From Eutreptiella sp. 'Long Island Sound 2002' (lineage: Eukaryota; Protista; Euglenida), in the NCBI GenBank assembly GCA_964036045.1, contig OZ038378.1:16864001-16928000 (forward strand): a stretch of 64,000 nt of DNA. The letters are read 5' to 3'. The notes under the pieces are model-generated. The model did not search any database. It was not told where the DNA came from and was given only the letters and a program-made list of their open reading frames with translations. The position numbers and the translations under genes are program-made. Of this stretch, positions 50,615 to 62,051 are shown in pieces; the stretch's first letter is position 1, and each line of letters opens with the position of its first letter.

Positions 50615-53600
50615 GTAGGCTTTCAGTTCTTTTAGGCTTTCAGCAGGCTTCCAGTAGGCTTTGGGTAGGATTTCAATAGGCTTTCAGTGAGCTTTTAGTA
50701 AGGCTTTCACGAGGCTTTCAGTAGGATTTGAATGGGCCTTCATTAGACTCTCAGGTGGCTGTTACTCGTCTTTCAGTAGGCTTGCAGTCGGGTTTCAGTA
50801 GGCTTTCAGTGCTCTCAGGCATTCAGTGGTCTTTCAGTCGGTTTTCAGCACGCTTTCAGTCGGCTTTCATTAGGCCTTCAGTGGGCCTTCAGTAGGCTTT
50901 CACTAGGCTTTCACAATGCTTTCAAGCTTTCAGTAGGCTTTCAGTACACGTTCAGTAGGATTTGAATGCGCCTTCGTTAGGCTTTCAGTTGGCTGTTACT
51001 CGTCTTTCAGTAGGCTTGCAGTCGGCTTTCAGTAGACTTTCAGTCAGCTTTCAGTGGGCTTTAAGTGTTCTCAGGCTTTCAGTGGTTTTTCAGGAGGCTT
51101 TCAGTAGGCAGGCTTTCAGTTGGCTTTCAGTAGGCTTTCAGCACGCTTTCAGTCGGATTTGATTAGGCTTTCACTGGGCCTTCAGTAGGTCTTCAGGAGG
51201 CTTCCAGGAGGCTTTCAGTAGGCTTTAAGTGCCTTCAGGCTTTCAGTAGGCTTTCGGCACGCTTTCAGTAGGCTTTCAGTGGGCCTTCAGTAAGTTTTCA
51301 GTAGGCTCTCAGTACGCTTTCAATAGGATTTCACCGGGCCTTCTTTAGATCTTCAGGTGGCTGTTACTCGTCTTTCAGTGGCTTGCAGTCGGGTTTCAGT
51401 AGGCTTTCAGTGCTCTCAGGCATCCAGTGGTCTTTCAGTCGGCTGTCAGCACGCTTTGAGTAGGCTTTCATTAGGCCTTCAGTGGGCCTTCAGTAGCTTT
51501 TCAGTAGGCTTTCCTTAGGCTTTCAGAATGCTTTCAAGCTTTCAGTAGGCTTTCGTTAGGCTTTCAGTAGGCTTTCAGTACGCGTTCAGTAGGATTTGAA
51601 TGGGCCTTCATTAGGCTTTCACTAAGTGTTTAAGGCTTTCAGTCGGCTTTCAGTAGGCTTTAAGTGTTCTCAGGCTTTCAATGGTCTTTCAGTCGGCTTT
51701 CAGTAGCCTTTCATTAGGCTTTCAGTGGGCCTTGAGTAGGTTTTCAGTAGGATTTCAGGTGGCTTTTTATTAGGCTTTAAGCGCTTTCAGGCTTTCAGTA
51801 TTCTTTCAGTAGGTCTTTAGTAGGCTTTCAGTGGGCTTTCAGTAGGCCTTCAATAGGTTTTCAGTAGGCTTTCACGAGGCTTTCAAGCTTTCAGGAGGCT
51901 TTCATTAGGCTTTCAGTAGGCTTTCAGCACGCTTGCAGTAGGCTTTCATTAGGCTTTCAGTGGGCCTTGAGTAGGTTTCCAGTAGGCTTTGAGGAGCCTT
52001 TCAGTAGGCTTTAAGCGCTTTCAGGCTTTCAGTAGTCTTTCAGTAGGCTTTCAGTAGGGTTTCAATGGGCCTTCAGTGGGCCTTCAGTATGTTTTTAGTA
52101 GGCTTTCACGAGGCTTTCAAGCTTTCAGTAGGCAGGCTTTCAGTAGGCTTTCAGTACGCTTTCAGTAGGATTTGAATGGGCCTTCGTTAGGCTTTCAGTT
52201 GGCTGTTACTCGTCTTTCAGTAGGCTTGCAGTCTGCTTTCAGTAGGCTTTCAGTCAGCTTTCAGTGGGCTTTAAGTATTCTCGGGCTTTCAGTGGTTTTT
52301 CAGTCGGCTTTCAGTCGGCAGGCTTTCAGTTGGCTTTCAGTAGGCTTTCAGCAGCTTTCAGTAGGATTTGATTCGGCTTTCAGTGGGCCTACAGTAGGTT
52401 TTCAGGAGGCTTTCAGGTAGCTTTCAGCAGGCTTTAAGTGCCTTCAGGCTTTCAGTAGGCTTTCAGCACGCTTTCAGTAGCAGGGATGGATCTAATTTGT
52501 GCGCCACTCACGGGGTGGGGGTGGATCAGTAGGCTTTCATTAGGCTTTCGGCACGCTTTCATCAGGCTTTCAGTGGGCCTTCAGTAGGTTTTCAGTAGGC
52601 GTTCACTACGCTTTCAATAGGATTTCCCTGGGCCTTCATTAGGCTTTCAGTTGGCTGTTACTCGTCTTTCAGTAGGCTTGCAGTCGGCTTTCAGTGGGCT
52701 TTCAGTCGGCTTTCAGTGCGCTTTAAGTGTTCTCAGGCTTTCAGTGGTCTTTCAGTCAGCGTTCAGTAGGCAGGCTTTCAGTAGGCTTTCAGTACGCTTT
52801 CAATAGGATTTCACTGGGCCTTCATCAGGCTTTCAGTTGGCTATTACTCGTCTTTCAGTAGGCTAGCAGTCAGCTTTCAGTAGGCTTTCAGTGGGCTTTA
52901 AGTGGGTTTTAAGTGTTCTGAGGCTTTCAGTGGTTTTTCAGTTGGCTTCCGGTAGGCAGGCTTTCAGTTGGCTTTCAGTGGGAGGATTTCATTGGGCTTT
53001 CATTAGGTTTTCAGTTGGCTGTTGCTCGTGTTTCAGGAGGCTTGCAGTTGGCTTTCAGTAGGCAGGCTTTCAGTTGGCTTTCATTAGGCTTTCAGCACGT
53101 CTTCACTCGGATTTGATTAGGTTTCAACTGGGCCTTCAGTAGGTTTTCAGTAGGCTTTCAGGAGGCTTTCAGTAAGCTTTAAGTGCCTTCATGCTTTCAG
53201 TATGCTTTCAGTACGCTTTCAATGGGATTTCACCGGGCCTTCATTGGGCTTTCAGTTGGCTGTTACTCGTCTTTCAGTAGGCTTGCAGTCGGCTTTCAGT
53301 GGGCTTTCAGTCGGCTTTCAGTGGGCTTTAAGTGTCCTCAGGCTTTCAGTGGTTTTTCAAGTCGGATTTCAGTAGGCAGGCTTTCAGTAGACTTTCAGTA
53401 CGCTTTCAATAGGATTTCACTGGGCTTTCATTAGGCTTTCAGTTGGCTGTTACTCGTCTTTCGGTAGGCTTGCAGTTGGCTTTCAGTAGGCTTTCATTAG
53501 GCTTTCAGAACGTCTTCACTCGGATTTCATTAGGCTTTCACTGGGCCTTCAGTACGTTTTCAGGAGGCTTTTAGGAGGCTTTCAGTAAGCTTTAAGGGCC

Positions 53601-56600
53601 TTCGTGCTTTCAGTAGGCTTTCATTACGCTTTCAGTAGGCTTTCATTAGGCTTTCAGTGGGCCTTCAGTAGGTTTTCAGTAGGCTTTCAGTACGCTTTCA
53701 ATAGGATTTCACTGGGCTTTCATTAGGCTTTCAGTTGGCTGTTACGCGTCTTTCGGTAGGCTTGCAGTTGGCTTTCAGTAGGCAGGCTTTCAATTGGCTT
53801 TCATTAGGCTTCCAGCACGTCTTCACTCGGATTTGATTAGGCTTTCACTCGGCCCTCAGTAGGTTTTCAGTAGGCTTTTAGGAGGCTTTCAGTAGGCTTT
53901 AAGTGCCTTCAGGCTTTCAGCACGCTTTCAGTAGGCTTTCATTAGGCTTTCAGTGGGTCTTCAGCAGGTTTTCAGTAGGCTTTCAGTACGCTTTCAATAG
54001 GATTTCACTGGGCCTTCATTCAGCTTTCAGTTGGCTGTTACTTGTCTTTCAGTAGGCTTGCAGTCGGCTTTCAGTAGGCTTTCAGTCAGCTTTCAGTGGG
54101 CTTTAAGTGTTCTCAGGCTTTCAGTGGTTGTTCAGGAGGCTTTCAGTAGGCAGGCTTTCAGTTGGCTTTCAGTAGGCTTTCAGCACGCTTTCAATCGGAT
54201 TTGATTAGGCTTTCACTGGGCCTTCAGTAGGTTTTCAGGAGGCTTTCAGGAGGCTTTCAGTAGGCTTTAAGTGCCTTCAGGCTTTCAGTAGGCTTTCGGC
54301 ACGCTTTCAGTAGGCTTTCAGTGGGCCTTCAGTAAGTTTTCAGTAGGCTCTCAGTACGCTTTCAATAGGATTTCACCGGGCCTTCTTTAGATCTTCAGGT
54401 GGCTGTTACTCGTCTTTCAGTAGGCTTGCAGTCGGGTTTCAGTAGGTTTTCAGTGGGCTTTCAGTGGGCTTTAAATGTTCTCAGGCTTTGAGTGGTTTTT
54501 CAGTCGGCTTTCAGTAGGCAGGCTTTCAGTAGGCTTTCAGTACACTTTCAATAGGATTTCACTGGGCCTTCATTCGGCTTTCAGTTGGCTGTTACTCGTC
54601 TTTCAGTAGGCTTGCAGTCGGCTTTCAGTAGGCTTTCAGTCAGCTTTCAGTGGGCTTTAAGTGGGCTTTAAGTATTATCAGGCGTTCAGTGGTTTTTCAG
54701 TCGGCCTTCAGTAGGCAGGCTTTCAGTTGGCTTTCAGTAGGCTTTCAGCACGCTTTCGGTCAGATTTGATTAGGCCCTTAGTGGGCCTTCAGTAGGTGTT
54801 TAGTAGGTCTTCACCAAGCTTTCACAATGCTTTCAAGCTTTTAGGCTTTTGTTAGGCTTTTAGTAGGCTTTCGTTAGGCTTTCACTAGGCTTTCAGTGGG
54901 CCTTCAGCAGGGTTTTCAGTAGGATTTCAGTACGCTTTAAATAGAATTACACCGGGCCTTCATTAGGCTTTCAGGTGGCTGTTACTCGTCTTTCAGTAGG
55001 CTTGCAGTCGGCTTGCAGTAGGCTTTCAGTGGTTTTTCAGTCGGCTTTCAGTGGGCTTTCAGTAGGCAGGCTTTCAGTTGGCTTTCAGTAGGCTTTCAGC
55101 ACGCTTTCAGTCGGATTTGATTAGGCCTTCAGTGGGCCTTCAGTAGCTTTTCAGTAGGCTTTCACTAGGCTTTCACACTGCTTTCAAGCTTTCAGTAGCC
55201 TTTCGGAAGGCTTTCAGTAGGCTTTCAGTAGGCTTTAAGTGTTCTCAGCCTTTCAGTTGGCTTTCAGTAGGCTTTCAGCACGCTTTCAGTATGCTTTCAT
55301 TAGGCTTTCAGTGGGCCTACAGTAGGTTTTCAGGAGGCTTTGAGCAGGCTTTCAGTATGTGCTTTCAGGTTTTCAGTAGTTTTTCAGTAGGCTTTCAGTA
55401 GGTTTTCATTAGGCTTTCAGTGGGCCTTCAGTATGTTTTCAGTAGGATTTCACCGGGCCTTCATTGGGCTTTCAGTTGGATGTTACTCGTCTTTCAGTAG
55501 GCTTGCAGTCAGCTTTCAGTAGGCTTTCAGTGGGCTTCAAGTGTTCTCAGGCTTTCAGTAGGCTTCCAGTCGGATTTCAGTAGGCAGGCTTTCAGTAGGC
55601 TTTCAGTACACGTTCAGTAGGATTTGAATGGGCCTTCATTAGGCCTTCAGTTGGCTGTTGCTCGTCTTTCAGTAGGCTTGCAGTTGGCTTTCAGTAGGCT
55701 TTCAGTCGGCTTTCAGTAGGCTTTCACTCGGCATTCAGTAGATTTTCAGTAGGCTTTCAGTGGGTTTCAGCAGGCTTTCAGTGCGCTTTCACCAGGGTGT
55801 CACTGGGCCTTCATTGGGCTTTCAGTTGGCTGTTACTCGTCTTTCAGTAGGCTTGCAGTCGGCTTTCAGTGGGCTTTCAGTCAACTTTCAGTGAGCTTTA
55901 AGTGTTCTCAGGCTTTCAGTGGTTTTTCAGGAGGCTTTCAGTCGGCAGGCTTTCAGTTGGCTTTCAAGTAGGCTTTCAGCATGCTTTCAGTAGGCTTTGA
56001 TTAGGCTTTCACTGGGCCTTCAGTAGGTTTTCAGTAGGCTTTCAGTTGGCGTTTAGTAGGCTTTAAGTGCCTTCATGCTTTCTGTAGGCTTTTGGCAAAC
56101 TTTCAGTAGGCTTTCATTAGGCTTTCAGTGGGCCTTCAGTAGTTTTTCTGTAGCCTTTCACTAGGCTTTCACGAGGTTTTCAAGCTTTCAGTAGGCTTTC
56201 AGCACGCTTTCAGTAGGCTTTCAGTACGCTTTAAATAGGATTCCACTAAAGCCTGCTGAAAGCCTGGTGAAAACCTAAAAGCACTGAAAGCCTATTGAAA
56301 GCCGACTGAAAGCCGACTGAAAGTCTATTGAAGGCGTACCGAAAGCCGACTGAGGGCCTACTGAAAGCCCGACTGAAAGCTTGAAAGCCGACTGAAAGCC
56401 TAGTGCAAGCCTACAGAACACCTACTGAAGGCGCACTGAAAGCCTAATGAAAGCATAATGAAAGCGTGCTGAAAGCCCACTGAAAGCCTACTGCAAGACC
56501 ACTGAAAGCCTGAAAGCACTTAAAGCCCACTGAAGGCCTACTGAAAACTTACTGAAGGCCTACTGAAAGCGTGCTGAAAGCCGACTGAAAGCCTGAAGGC

Positions 56601-57441
56601 GCTTCAAGCCTAGGGAAAGCCTCCTGAAAGCCTTCTGAAAACCTACTGAAGGCCCACTGAAAACCTAATCAAAGCCTACTGAAAGCGTGCTGAAAGCCTA
56701 CTGAAAGTCTACTGAAAGCTTGCCTACTGAAAGCCGACTGAAAGACCACTGAAAGCCTGAGAACACTTAAAGCGTACTGAAAGCCGACTGAAAGCCCACT
56801 GAAAGCCAACTGCAAGCCTACTGAAAGACGAGTAACAGCCAACTGAAAGCCAAATGAAGTGCCATGCAAAGACTCAGAGGCGTCCCTAGAGACGCCTTAG
56901 CAGTTGTACACACCTGAAAGCCTCTTTCGAGACGCCGTAGCCATCCTGAAAGCCTGCCTAGAGTGGCCTTAGCCATTGTCAAGACCCGAAGGCGCCCCTG
57001 GAGAGGCATTAGCCATTCTAAGGACCCAAAGGCGTCCCTAGAGAGGCCTTATCAACCTCCCTTCTCCATTCACGTGAATAATGATAGAACTATGATATTT
57101 AGATAAAGGGGGTTTTATCAGTCTAGACACGTGTTTCGGGCAATCGGTCAATGTCAGGCGTTTGGCGGTCAACAGACATGTGTTGGTCGTCGGCCGCCTG
57201 CAGTTGGCGTGCCAAATGTCGTGGGGTGCGGCCATTTCTTTAAGTGTGAGAGAGTCGTGACCAACACCTGCCGCACGCGTTCATGTGGGTGCACTCTGCT
57301 GACGGCCTCGTTCTGCTGGGAGACGCAGTCGCCCACACAGGCCGTCGCTTGACACGCAACTCCCGCCGCTTGGCCCTCGCCCCCACCCCGGGGCCGTCCC
57401 AAGACAGCGCGCCATGTGCCTCTCTGCCGCCCTTTTGGCAG

Positions 57442-57863
57442 GTCTGCGTCTGCGACCCCGGGTTCGCCTCTGCGGACTGCAGCGCAGAGTGTCCCAAGGC
57501 CGCAGGGGTCCATTGTGGCAGCCACGGCGTCTGCATGGACAACAGCACCCAGGACGCCCAGTGTGTCTGTGATCCGGACTGGTACGGCCTGGCCTGTGCC
57601 GTGCACTGTGTGCCTGACAACTGCCACCCGGGCATTCAGTATCCGCAGATGCCCCACGCCGTGTGTGAGCCCACAACCGGCGCTTGTGTTTGCCAACGGA
57701 ACGCGACTGGGCAGTGGGCGGGCCCGGCGTGCAACATCTGCCACGCCGGGTATTGGGGCATCGAGTGCGATCGGCCGTGCCCATGCAGTGGCCACGGGGC
57801 GTGTTCACAGCACTACGGCGATTGCGAGTGCTTCTCCAACGAGGCGTCAGGACACTGGGCAGG
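57442..57863 (+). CDS. Large surface protein gene, exon 5 (EGF/laminin-EGF repeats)
   Basis: VCVCDPGFASADCSAECP...CGSHGVC...CVCDPDWYGLAC...CPCSGHGAC. Acceptor TTTTGGCAG (phase 0), donor GTATGT (phase 2). Confidence 0.92.
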
Positions 57864-58001
57864 GTATGTATTGTTGGGTGGAGTGCTATGTGTGTTATGT
57901 CTTGTGTGCCTTGTGTAGCAGAAGTTGGGGTTGGGGGAACGGTGGTACTGTGCTGGATTCGCACCTCGGGCTAAGCGTGGTGTGGCGTGGCGTGGTGTGG
58001 C

Positions 58002-59497
58002 GAAGGCGCTGTTACCAAAAGGTAACGGCCCCAATGGTCTTGCATACGGGTAATGCAAGCCGGGAGGGCTGTGTGTGTAGACGCGCACTGTGTGTTGTGT
58101 GTTGTGCAGCGGCCGGTGCCGTCCCCACGTCTGGCGGGGTCAATTCATGGCCGTCCTGGGAACTCCTTGCTGCTCCGCCTGTTGGTGCAGCTGCAGCTCC
58201 CACAGGACCCACGCCATGGTCCCTCCAGGCCCCGCATGGGCCTTTTTGAGGCCTCCCCGGGCCTTGGCATGGGCGAGTCAGACTGTCTGCGACTCTGACA
58301 ATACCTGCCGGATGCACTCCATCCCGATGTCGTGTGGCCCCACCAGTCCCATATGGGCCGTCCGCAGGGATGGTGTGGCGATCGCCGCCGACCATTGTTC
58401 CAGGACGGTGTGGTCCCACAGTTGGCCCTGCACCTGCAAAGCCCGTGGCCGAACGTAGGTGGTGAGCCATGTATGCAGGCGCTGTCAGGCCGGGCGCCAT
58501 GCATGGGACTGCACTGGGTACTCCCACAGATGGCGGGCTGTTTCGGTACCGCTGTCGCATAGCAAGCACCGCGTGTCCAGCCGTACGGTGCGGTGTGCCA
58601 CGCACTCCGCCAGCACCGTCATGGTGGGCAGGTTGCACATGCTGTGGGCCACAAGGTGCTGCTGCTGGTCACTGGTGGACCAGTCCAGGACAGGCCGAGG
58701 CTTGGCCGGTAGTTCGGCCCCCACCGGTGCTCGTAGTGTACCCAAGCGGGGATCGCTGCCTGCTCTTGTAGCCACTCCTGCAAGTCTATAGGGGCTAGCT
58801 GGTAGTGGTCCTGGGACTTTACCTGGGGCAAGCATGCGCAGAGGCGGTGCAACATCCAGGTGAGGTTTGCATGTGGCTCCTCTCTGGTCGCTGCATCCAA
58901 CCGTACGTTGATGGTGGTGATCCAGTGGGAGGGTGTGACCACTATGTTGACCGCAGCCGTTGGAGCTGGGCGCTCCGCTCCCAGGGTCCGGGCATAGAGG
59001 TGGTGTATCCCGTCTCCGCGCTGGGCGCCCTCTTCGTAAGTGCGTAGGGTGCTGATTCCAAGTCCGGTACCACCTAGTAGACGCCCCGTTGTTAGGGCCT
59101 CCCCTTCTTGGGAGGTCCCCACCCCTGAGGTCGTCATGGTCGTGTACAGCCCTGGCGCATGCTCATACGCGAGAGCCATCCTCATGCCCGCCGGGGTGGT
59201 GCTAGCGCCGGTCGCTATTATGGCCCCGTGGATCGTGGCTAGCGGGGTTAGTCGGTGGAACCATATACCCGGCTCCGTCCGGGGCCGTAGGTACATGGGC
59301 GCCGCCATCGGGGCCCCGTGGGGATGCATCGTGGCATGCACCCCAAAGTGCTCCCGCAAGTGTGTTTGGAGCGCAGGACCCAGTTCCGACGGCAGGGCTT
59401 GCGGGATGTGCAGGGCCATGTAGAGTGGGCCTTTGTGGCTCCTGGTGGCACTGCTGGGGGTACATCCCGGCCTTCGCCCTTTGGTAACAGCGCCTTC
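58002..59497 (-). mobile_element. 5'-truncated LINE ORF2 C-terminus (zf-RVT), bracketed by an 18-bp inverted repeat
   Basis: RCLLCDSGTETARHLWEY is a zf-RVT-type motif; the frame is shifted. GAAGGCGCTGTTACCAAA at 58002-58019 is perfectly inverted at 59480-59497. Confidence 0.75.
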
Positions 59498-59498
59498 A

Positions 59499-59617
59499 GC
59501 ACAACACAACACAACACAACGTGACACCACACGACACAATACGACACGACACAACGCGACACAACACAACACAACAAAACACAACGCAACGCAATGCAAC
59601 ACAACACGACACAACGA
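59499..59617. repeat. (ACAAC)n degenerate pentanucleotide array
   Basis: Direct reading of the sequence. Confidence 0.92.
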
Positions 59618-60676
59618 TGTGTCGCACGACCTCACAGTGTACAAGCATGACGACACCCCTATAGGGGGGCGGAAGGAGACGCCGCCAACCCAGGCGGCCC
59701 CCCCGCACGCAGATGAGCCCCCCCCTCACGGAGGCTGACGTCCGGCGCCTCATAGCCGACATCGTTCGTCGACTGCCGCCGGAGGGGCCTATGCGGGTGG
59801 GGCAGCCTGCCCGACAGCCGGTGGCAAGCGCCGATGCGCTGCCCCCACCTGCAGGCCTGCCCCCCCCGGTACGCCCCAACATGCAGGCCGCACCCTCGTC
59901 CCGAGGCCTAGAACGCCAGCAGGCCGCACACTCCACAGCTGCACCTGGGCCGCCAAAGACGCGGTCCGGCGACTACGCCGACGCGCCCAGGCCTGAGGCG
60001 GCAAACACCGCACCGGAAAGCGGCCGTGGTGGCTGGCTGCGCCAACGAGTGCCCCCCATGATGCGGCGGGTCCTCAGTCCTCAACCCCTCCCAAGGGCCG
60101 GCCCCTCGCCAGCCAGGCCCCGTGGCTGGGGCCGCAGCTGGTCCCGTGCCCGCGCCCCCGGGGTGCCCCCCATCGGCTAGCACTGAGCTGTCCCAAGACC
60201 TCATGGAGGTTGACCCCTCCGATGTTGACCTGCGGCCTGCGCTCACGAGTGCCGAGCTAGCCCCGGTGGTCAGCTCCCAATCTATGGGTGACCGGCCCCC
60301 GACACAATCAATGACTACATAAAGTCTACCATTTGGGGGGCCAACAGATGTGGAAAATGGGTACATGCCATCATGAGGATCCCCATAGTCGGAGCGTGAG
60401 TAAAATTGGCTAAATAACCTTGTCCTAATTTGTTGGCCATTTTGCATATCCTCGAGAAGGCAAGGGGCATGTAGGCACTTTGGATTTCGTTCTTGTTTTG
60501 GGTACCCCCAAGACGGCAAGGGTAATTTTGCCCACATGTGGCTCCCCAAAGCAAAATGGGTTATTGAGCCACTTTTGATTCTGTCCCATCTTTTCAAGAA
60601 TTATTGTGCTATTCGAAGGGTGGCGATGCAGCCGGGTGTCGCTGCGCATGGTGTCAGGAGGCTGACAGCAGTGCTT

Positions 60677-61920
60677 TGTTGTGTTGTGTTGTGTTGTGTT
60701 GTGTTGTGTTGTGTTGTGTTGTGTTGTGTTGTGTTGTGTTGTGTTGTGTTGTGTTGTGTTGTGTTGTGTTGTGTTGTGTTGTGTTGTGTCGTGTCTTGTC
60801 GCGTCGCGTGGTGTCTTGTTGTATCGTGTTGTGTCATGTTGTCTTGTCTTGTCTTGTCTTGTCTTGTCTTGTCTTGTCTTGTCTTGTCTTGTCTTGTCTT
60901 GTCTTGTCTTGTCTTGTCTTGTCTTGTCTTGTCTTGTCTTGTCTTGTCTTGTCTTGTCTTGTCTTGTCTTGTCTTGTCTTGTCTTGTCTTGTCTTGTCTT
61001 GTGTAGTGTTGGTTTTGTGTTGTGTTGCGTTGCGTTGTGTTGTGTTGTGTTGTGTTGTGTTGTGTTGTGTTGTGTTGTGTTGTGTTGTGTAGTGTTGTGT
61101 TGTGTTGTGTTGTGTAGTGTAGTGTTGTGTTGTGTTGTGTTGTGTTGTGTTGTGTTGTGTTGTGTTGTGTTGTGTTGTGTTGTGTTGTGTTGTGTTGTGT
61201 TGTGTTGTGTTGTGTTGTGTTGTGTTGTGTTGTGTTGTGTTGTGTAGTGTTGTGTTGTGTTGTGTTGTGTAGTGTTGTGTCGGTGTCGGTGTCGTGTTGT
61301 GTTGTGTTTGCGTCGTGTCGTGTGGTGTCGTGTTGTGTCATCTCGTGTTATGTCCTGTCATGTCTTGTCGCGTCGTGTGGTGTCGTATTGTGTCGTGTCG
61401 TGTTGGTGTTGGTGGTGGGGTTGTGTTGTGTTGCGTTGAATTGTGTTGTGTTGTGTTGTGTTGTGTTGTGTTGTGTTGTGTTGTGTTGTGTTGTGTTGTG
61501 TTGTGTTGTGTTGTGTTGTGTTGTGTTGTGTTGTGTTGTGTTGTGTTGTGTTGTGTTGTGTTGTGTTGTGTTGTATTGTGTCGGTGTCGGTGTCGTGTTG
61601 TGTTGTGTTTGCGTCGTGTGGTGTGGTGTCGTGTTGTGTCGTCTCGTGTTATGTCCTGTCATGTCTTGTCGCGTCGTGTGGTGTCATATTGTGTCGTGTC
61701 GTGTTGGTGTTGGTGGTGGGGTTGTGTTGTGTTGCGTTGAATTGCGTTGTGTTGTGTTGTGTTGTGTTGTGTTGTGTTGTGTTGTGTTGTGTTGTGTTGT
61801 GTTGTGTTGTGTTGTGTTGTGTTGTGTTGTGTAGTGTTGTGTTGTGTTGTGTTGTGTAGTGTTGGTGTTGTGTTGTGTGTCGTGTTGTGTCGTGTTGTGT
61901 TGTGTTGTGTGTTGTGTTGA
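60677..61920. repeat. Compound pentanucleotide satellite (GTTGT)n with a (GTCTT)x32 block and a higher-order duplication
   Basis: (GTCTT)n at 60841-61000. A variant block of about 165 bp repeats at about 61277 and 61578. Confidence 0.97.
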
Positions 61921-62051
61921 GACTACACGTCACATGCCATCGGTTACTCGACGTGTGTGTTGCGTTGTGGTGTTCCAATGGCCCCTGGGTGGTTCCTGAC
62001 AGCGATGATGTGCAGCACTCACCCCGACACCGTCCATCCAATGTGTCGCAG

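Larger units (their letters stand above)
49378..57050. repeat. Foldback-like satellite: 11-bp AGGCTTTCAGT arrays with inverted right arm and inverted 40-bp terminal units
   Basis: Plus-orientation arrays at 49436-49883 and 50615-56245, inverted arrays at 56246-56850. Left units AGGCCTTTGGGTC...CACTCTAGGG are mirrored at 56870-57050. Confidence 0.92.

Noticed and set aside
50962-56869. Short SVGFQ-type ORFs and a possible CRISPR-like array
   Set aside because: This is a tandem satellite with no unique spacers and no cas genes, in a eukaryotic context.
59713-60180. Gag/ORF1-like protein
   Set aside because: Low-complexity Pro/Arg-rich frame with no recognisable motif; it cannot be assigned without a search.
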